DNA from: Balanoglossus misakiensis
Taxonomy: Eukaryota > Animalia > Hemichordata
DNA length: 64,000 nucleotides
Reading direction: 5' to 3'
NCBI GenBank assembly: GCA_040954595.2
Contig: CM082597.2
Coordinates: 2,122,735 to 2,186,734 of the forward strand
A program made the position numbers and the translations under genes. The notes below the pieces were generated by a model. That model saw only the letters and a list, made by a program, of their open reading frames with translations, was not told where the DNA came from and ran no database searches. Below are positions 60,436-64,000 of the stretch, in pieces (position 1 is the first letter of the stretch; each line of letters begins with the position of its first letter).

Positions 60436-63400
60436 GAATTTTGATTTTTTGGGCCATTTTGAACATTTTTCATGGGTTATACATCATGATTTTTTTTTCA
60501 AAAAATGACAAATTTTCACTTGCCGAATTTTCATATTTTGGGCCTCTTTGGACATTTTTCATGGGTTAACCATCATGGTTTTTGTCGAAAAACCACGAAT
60601 TTTCGAGTTGCCGGATTTCGAGATTTTCGGCCTTTTTCAACATTTGTCATGGGTTAACCATCATGGTTTTTGTCGAAAAACCACGAATTTTCGAGTTGCC
60701 GGATTTCGAGATTTTCGGCCTTTTTCAACATTTTTCATGGGTTAACCATCATGGTTTTTGTCGAAAAACCACGAATTTTCGAGTTGCCGGATTTCGAGAT
60801 TTTCGGCCTTTTTCAACATTTTTCATGGGTTAACCATCATGGTTTTTGTCGAAAAACCGCGAATTTTCGAGTTGCCGGATTTCGAGATTTTCGGCCTTTT
60901 TCAACATTTTTCATGTGTTAACCATCATGGTTTTTGTCGAAAAACCGCGAATTTTCGAGTTGCCGAATTTCGAGATTTTCGGCCGATTTGAGCATTTTTC
61001 ATGTGTTAACCATCATGGTTTTTGTCGAAAAACCGCGAATTTTCGAGTTGCCGAATTTCGAGATTTTCGGCCGATTTGAGCATTTTTCATGGGTTAACCA
61101 TCATGGTTTTTGTCGAAAAACCGCGAATTTTCGAGTTGCCGAATTTCGAGATTTTCGGCCGATTTGAACATTTTTCATGGGTTAACCATCATGGTTTTTG
61201 TCGAAAAACCGCGAATTTTCGGGTTGCCGAATTTCGAGATTTTCGGCCGATTTGAACATTTTTCATGGGTTAACCATCATGGTTTTTGTCGAAAAACCGC
61301 GAATTTTCGAGTTGCCGAATTTCGAGATTTTCGGCCGATTTGAACATTTTTCATGGGTTAACCATCATGGTTTTTGTCGAAAAACCGCGAATTTTCGAGT
61401 TGCCGAATTTCGAGATTTTCGGCCGATTTGAACATTTTTCATGGGTTAACCATCATGGTTTTTGTCGAAAAACCGCGAATTTTCGAGTTGCCGAATTCCG
61501 AGATTTTCGGCCGATTTGAACATTTTTCATGGGTTAACCATCATGGTTTTTGTCGAAAAACCGCGAATTTTCGAGTTGCCAAATTTCGAGATTTTCGGCC
61601 GATTTGAACATTTTTCATGGGTTAACCATCATGGTTTTTGTCGGAAAACCGCGAATTTTCGAGTTGCCGAATTTCGAGATTTTCGGCCGATTTGAACATT
61701 TTTCATGGGTTAACCATCATGGTTTTTGTCGGAAAACCGCGAATTTTCGAGTTGCCGAATTTCGAGATTTTCGGCCGATTTGAACATTTTTCATGGGTTA
61801 ACCATCATGGTTTTTGTCGAAAAACCGCGAATTTTCGAGTTGCCGAATTTCGAGATTTTCGGCCGATTTGAACATTTTTCATGGGTTAACCATCATGGTT
61901 TTTGTCGAAAAACCGCGAATTTTCGAGTTGCCGAATTTCGAGATTTTCGGCCGATTTGAACATTTTTCATGGGTTAACCATCATGGTTTTTGTCGAAAAA
62001 CCGCGAATTTTCGAGTTGCCGAATTTCGAGATTTTCGGCCGATTTGAACATTTTTCATGGGTTAACCATCATGGTTTTTGTCGAAAAACCGCGAATTTTC
62101 GAGTTGCCGAATTTCGAGATTTTCGGCCGATTTGAACATTTTTCATGGGTTAACCATCATGGTTTTTGTCGAAAAACCGCGAATTTTCGAGTTGCCGAAT
62201 TTCGAGATTTTCGGCCGATTTGAACATTTTTCATGGGTTAACCATCATGGTTTTTGTCGAAAAACCGCGAATTTTCGAGTTGCCGAAATTTCGAGATTTT
62301 CGGCCGATTTGAACATTTTTCATGGGTTAACCATCATGGTTTTTGTCGAAAAACCGCGAATTTTCGAGTTGCCGAATTTCGAGATTTTCGGCCGATTTGA
62401 ACATTTTTCATGGGTTAACCATCATGGTTTTTGTCGAAAAACCGCGAATTTTCGAGTTGCCGAATTTCGAGATTTTCGGCCGATTTGAACATTTTTCATG
62501 GGTTAACCATCATGGTTTTTGTCGAAAAACCGCGAATTTTCGAGTTGCCGAATTTCGAGATTTTCGGCCGATTTGAACATTTTTCATGGGTTAACCATCA
62601 TGGTTTTTGTCGAAAAACCGCGAATTTTCGAGTTGCCGAATTTCGAGATTTTCGGCCGATTTGAACATTTTTCATGGGTTAACCATCATGGTTTTTGTCG
62701 AAAAACCGCGAATTTTCGAGTTGCCGAATTTCGAGATTTTCGGCCGATTTGAACATTTTTCATGGGTTAACCATCATGGTTTTTGTCGAAAAACCGCGAA
62801 TTTTCGAGTTGCCGAATTCGAGATTTTCGGCCGATTTGAACATTTTTCATGGGTTAACCATCATGGTTTTTGTCGAAAAACCGCGAATTTTCGAGTTGCC
62901 GAATTTCGAGATTTTCGGCCGATTTGAACATTTTTCATGGGTTAACCATCATGGTTTTTGTCGAAAACCGCGAATTTTCGAGTTGCCGAATTTCGAGATT
63001 TTCGGCCGATTTGAACATTTTTCATGGGTTAACCATCATGGTTTTTGTCGAAAAACCGCGAATTTTCGAGTTGCCGAATTTCGAGATTTTCGGCCGATTT
63101 GAACATTTTTCATGGGTTAACCATCATGGTTTTTGTCGAAAAACCGCGAATTTTCGAGTTGCCGAATTTCGAGATTTTCGGCCGATTTGAACATTTTTCA
63201 TGGGTTAACCATCATGGTTTTTGTCGAAAAACCGCGAATTTTCGAGTTGCCGAATTTCGAGATTTTCGGCCGATTTGAACATTTTTCATGGGTTAACCAT
63301 CATGGTTTTTGTCGAAAAACCGCGAATTTTCGAGTTGCCGAATTTCGAGATTTTCGGCCGATTTGAACATTTTTCATGGGTTAACCATCATGGTTTTTGT

Positions 63401-64000
63401 CGAAAACCGCGAATTTTCGAGTTGCCGAATTTCGAGATTTTCGGCCGATTTGAACATTTTTCATGGGTTAACCATCATGGTTTTTGTCGAAAAACCGCGA
63501 ATTTTCGAGTTGCCGAATTTCGAGATTTTCGGCCGATTTGAACATTTTTCATGGGTTAACCATCATGGTTTTTGTCGAAAAACCGCGAATTTTCGAGTTG
63601 CCGAATTTCGAGATTTTCGGCCGATTTGAACATTTTTCATGGTTAACCATCATGGTTTTTGTCGAAAACCGCGAATTTTCGAGTTGCCGAATTTCGAGAT
63701 TTTCGGCCGATTTGAACATTTTTCATGGGTTAACCATCACGAGATGTGTTTTTGTCTGAAAAACCGCGAATTTTCGAGTTGCCGAATTTCGAGATTTTCG
63801 GCCGATTTGAACATTTTTCATGGTTAACCATCATGGTTTTTGTCGAAAAACCGCGAATTTTCGAGTTGCCGAATTCGAGATTTTCGGCCGATTTGAACAT
63901 TTTTCATGGGTTAACCATCATGGTTTTTGTCGAAAAACCGCGAATTTTTCGAGTTGCCGAATTTTGAGATTTTCGGCCGATTTGAACATTTTTCATGGGT
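60436..64000. repeat. 88-bp satellite array, ~40 copies, runs off the window
   Basis: Unit CATTTTTCATGGGTTAACCATCATGGTTTTTGTCGAAAAACCGCGAATTTTCGAGTTGCCGAATTTCGAGATTTTCGGCCGATTTGAA, head-to-tail and near identical. ORF starts recur every 88 bp. Confidence 0.98.

Noticed and set aside
60436-64000. CRISPR array or repeated protein-coding ORFs (MSKNREFSS...)
   Set aside because: Units are contiguous and near identical with no unique spacers, there are no cas genes, and the context is eukaryotic. The 88-bp unit is not a multiple of 3, so the ORFs are artefacts.

Overview
Intron-rich animal genomic DNA, probably an invertebrate deuterostome such as an acorn worm (inferred from gene style only). 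The window opens with a head-to-head housekeeping pair, DCAF8 (minus, running off the left edge) and PSMD9 (plus). Next comes a ~26-kb block (6.8-33 kb) of genes for secreted or secretory-pathway proteins, mostly missed by the ORF track because their exons are tiny. Three paralogous signal peptide-LDLa-CAP genes alternate with three unrelated small precursor genes: a 125-aa protein with duplicated ECRG4/UCMA-propeptide-like modules, a ~33-unit VSDDMIGR/VSDDEVIAR acidic repeat protein, and a 16-exon micro-exon precursor carrying five KR-RMHLGL-R peptides and one KR-RYSLGS-R peptide. A GAL3ST-family sulfotransferase sits within the block. Further right are a CD225/dispanin membrane protein, a 97-aa six-cysteine CART/prokineticin-like secreted peptide spread over 13 kb, a 128-bp intronic tandem repeat and the edge of an 88-bp satellite array. 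All spliced models were assembled by hand from GT-AG sites and reading-frame continuity; no database searches were run.
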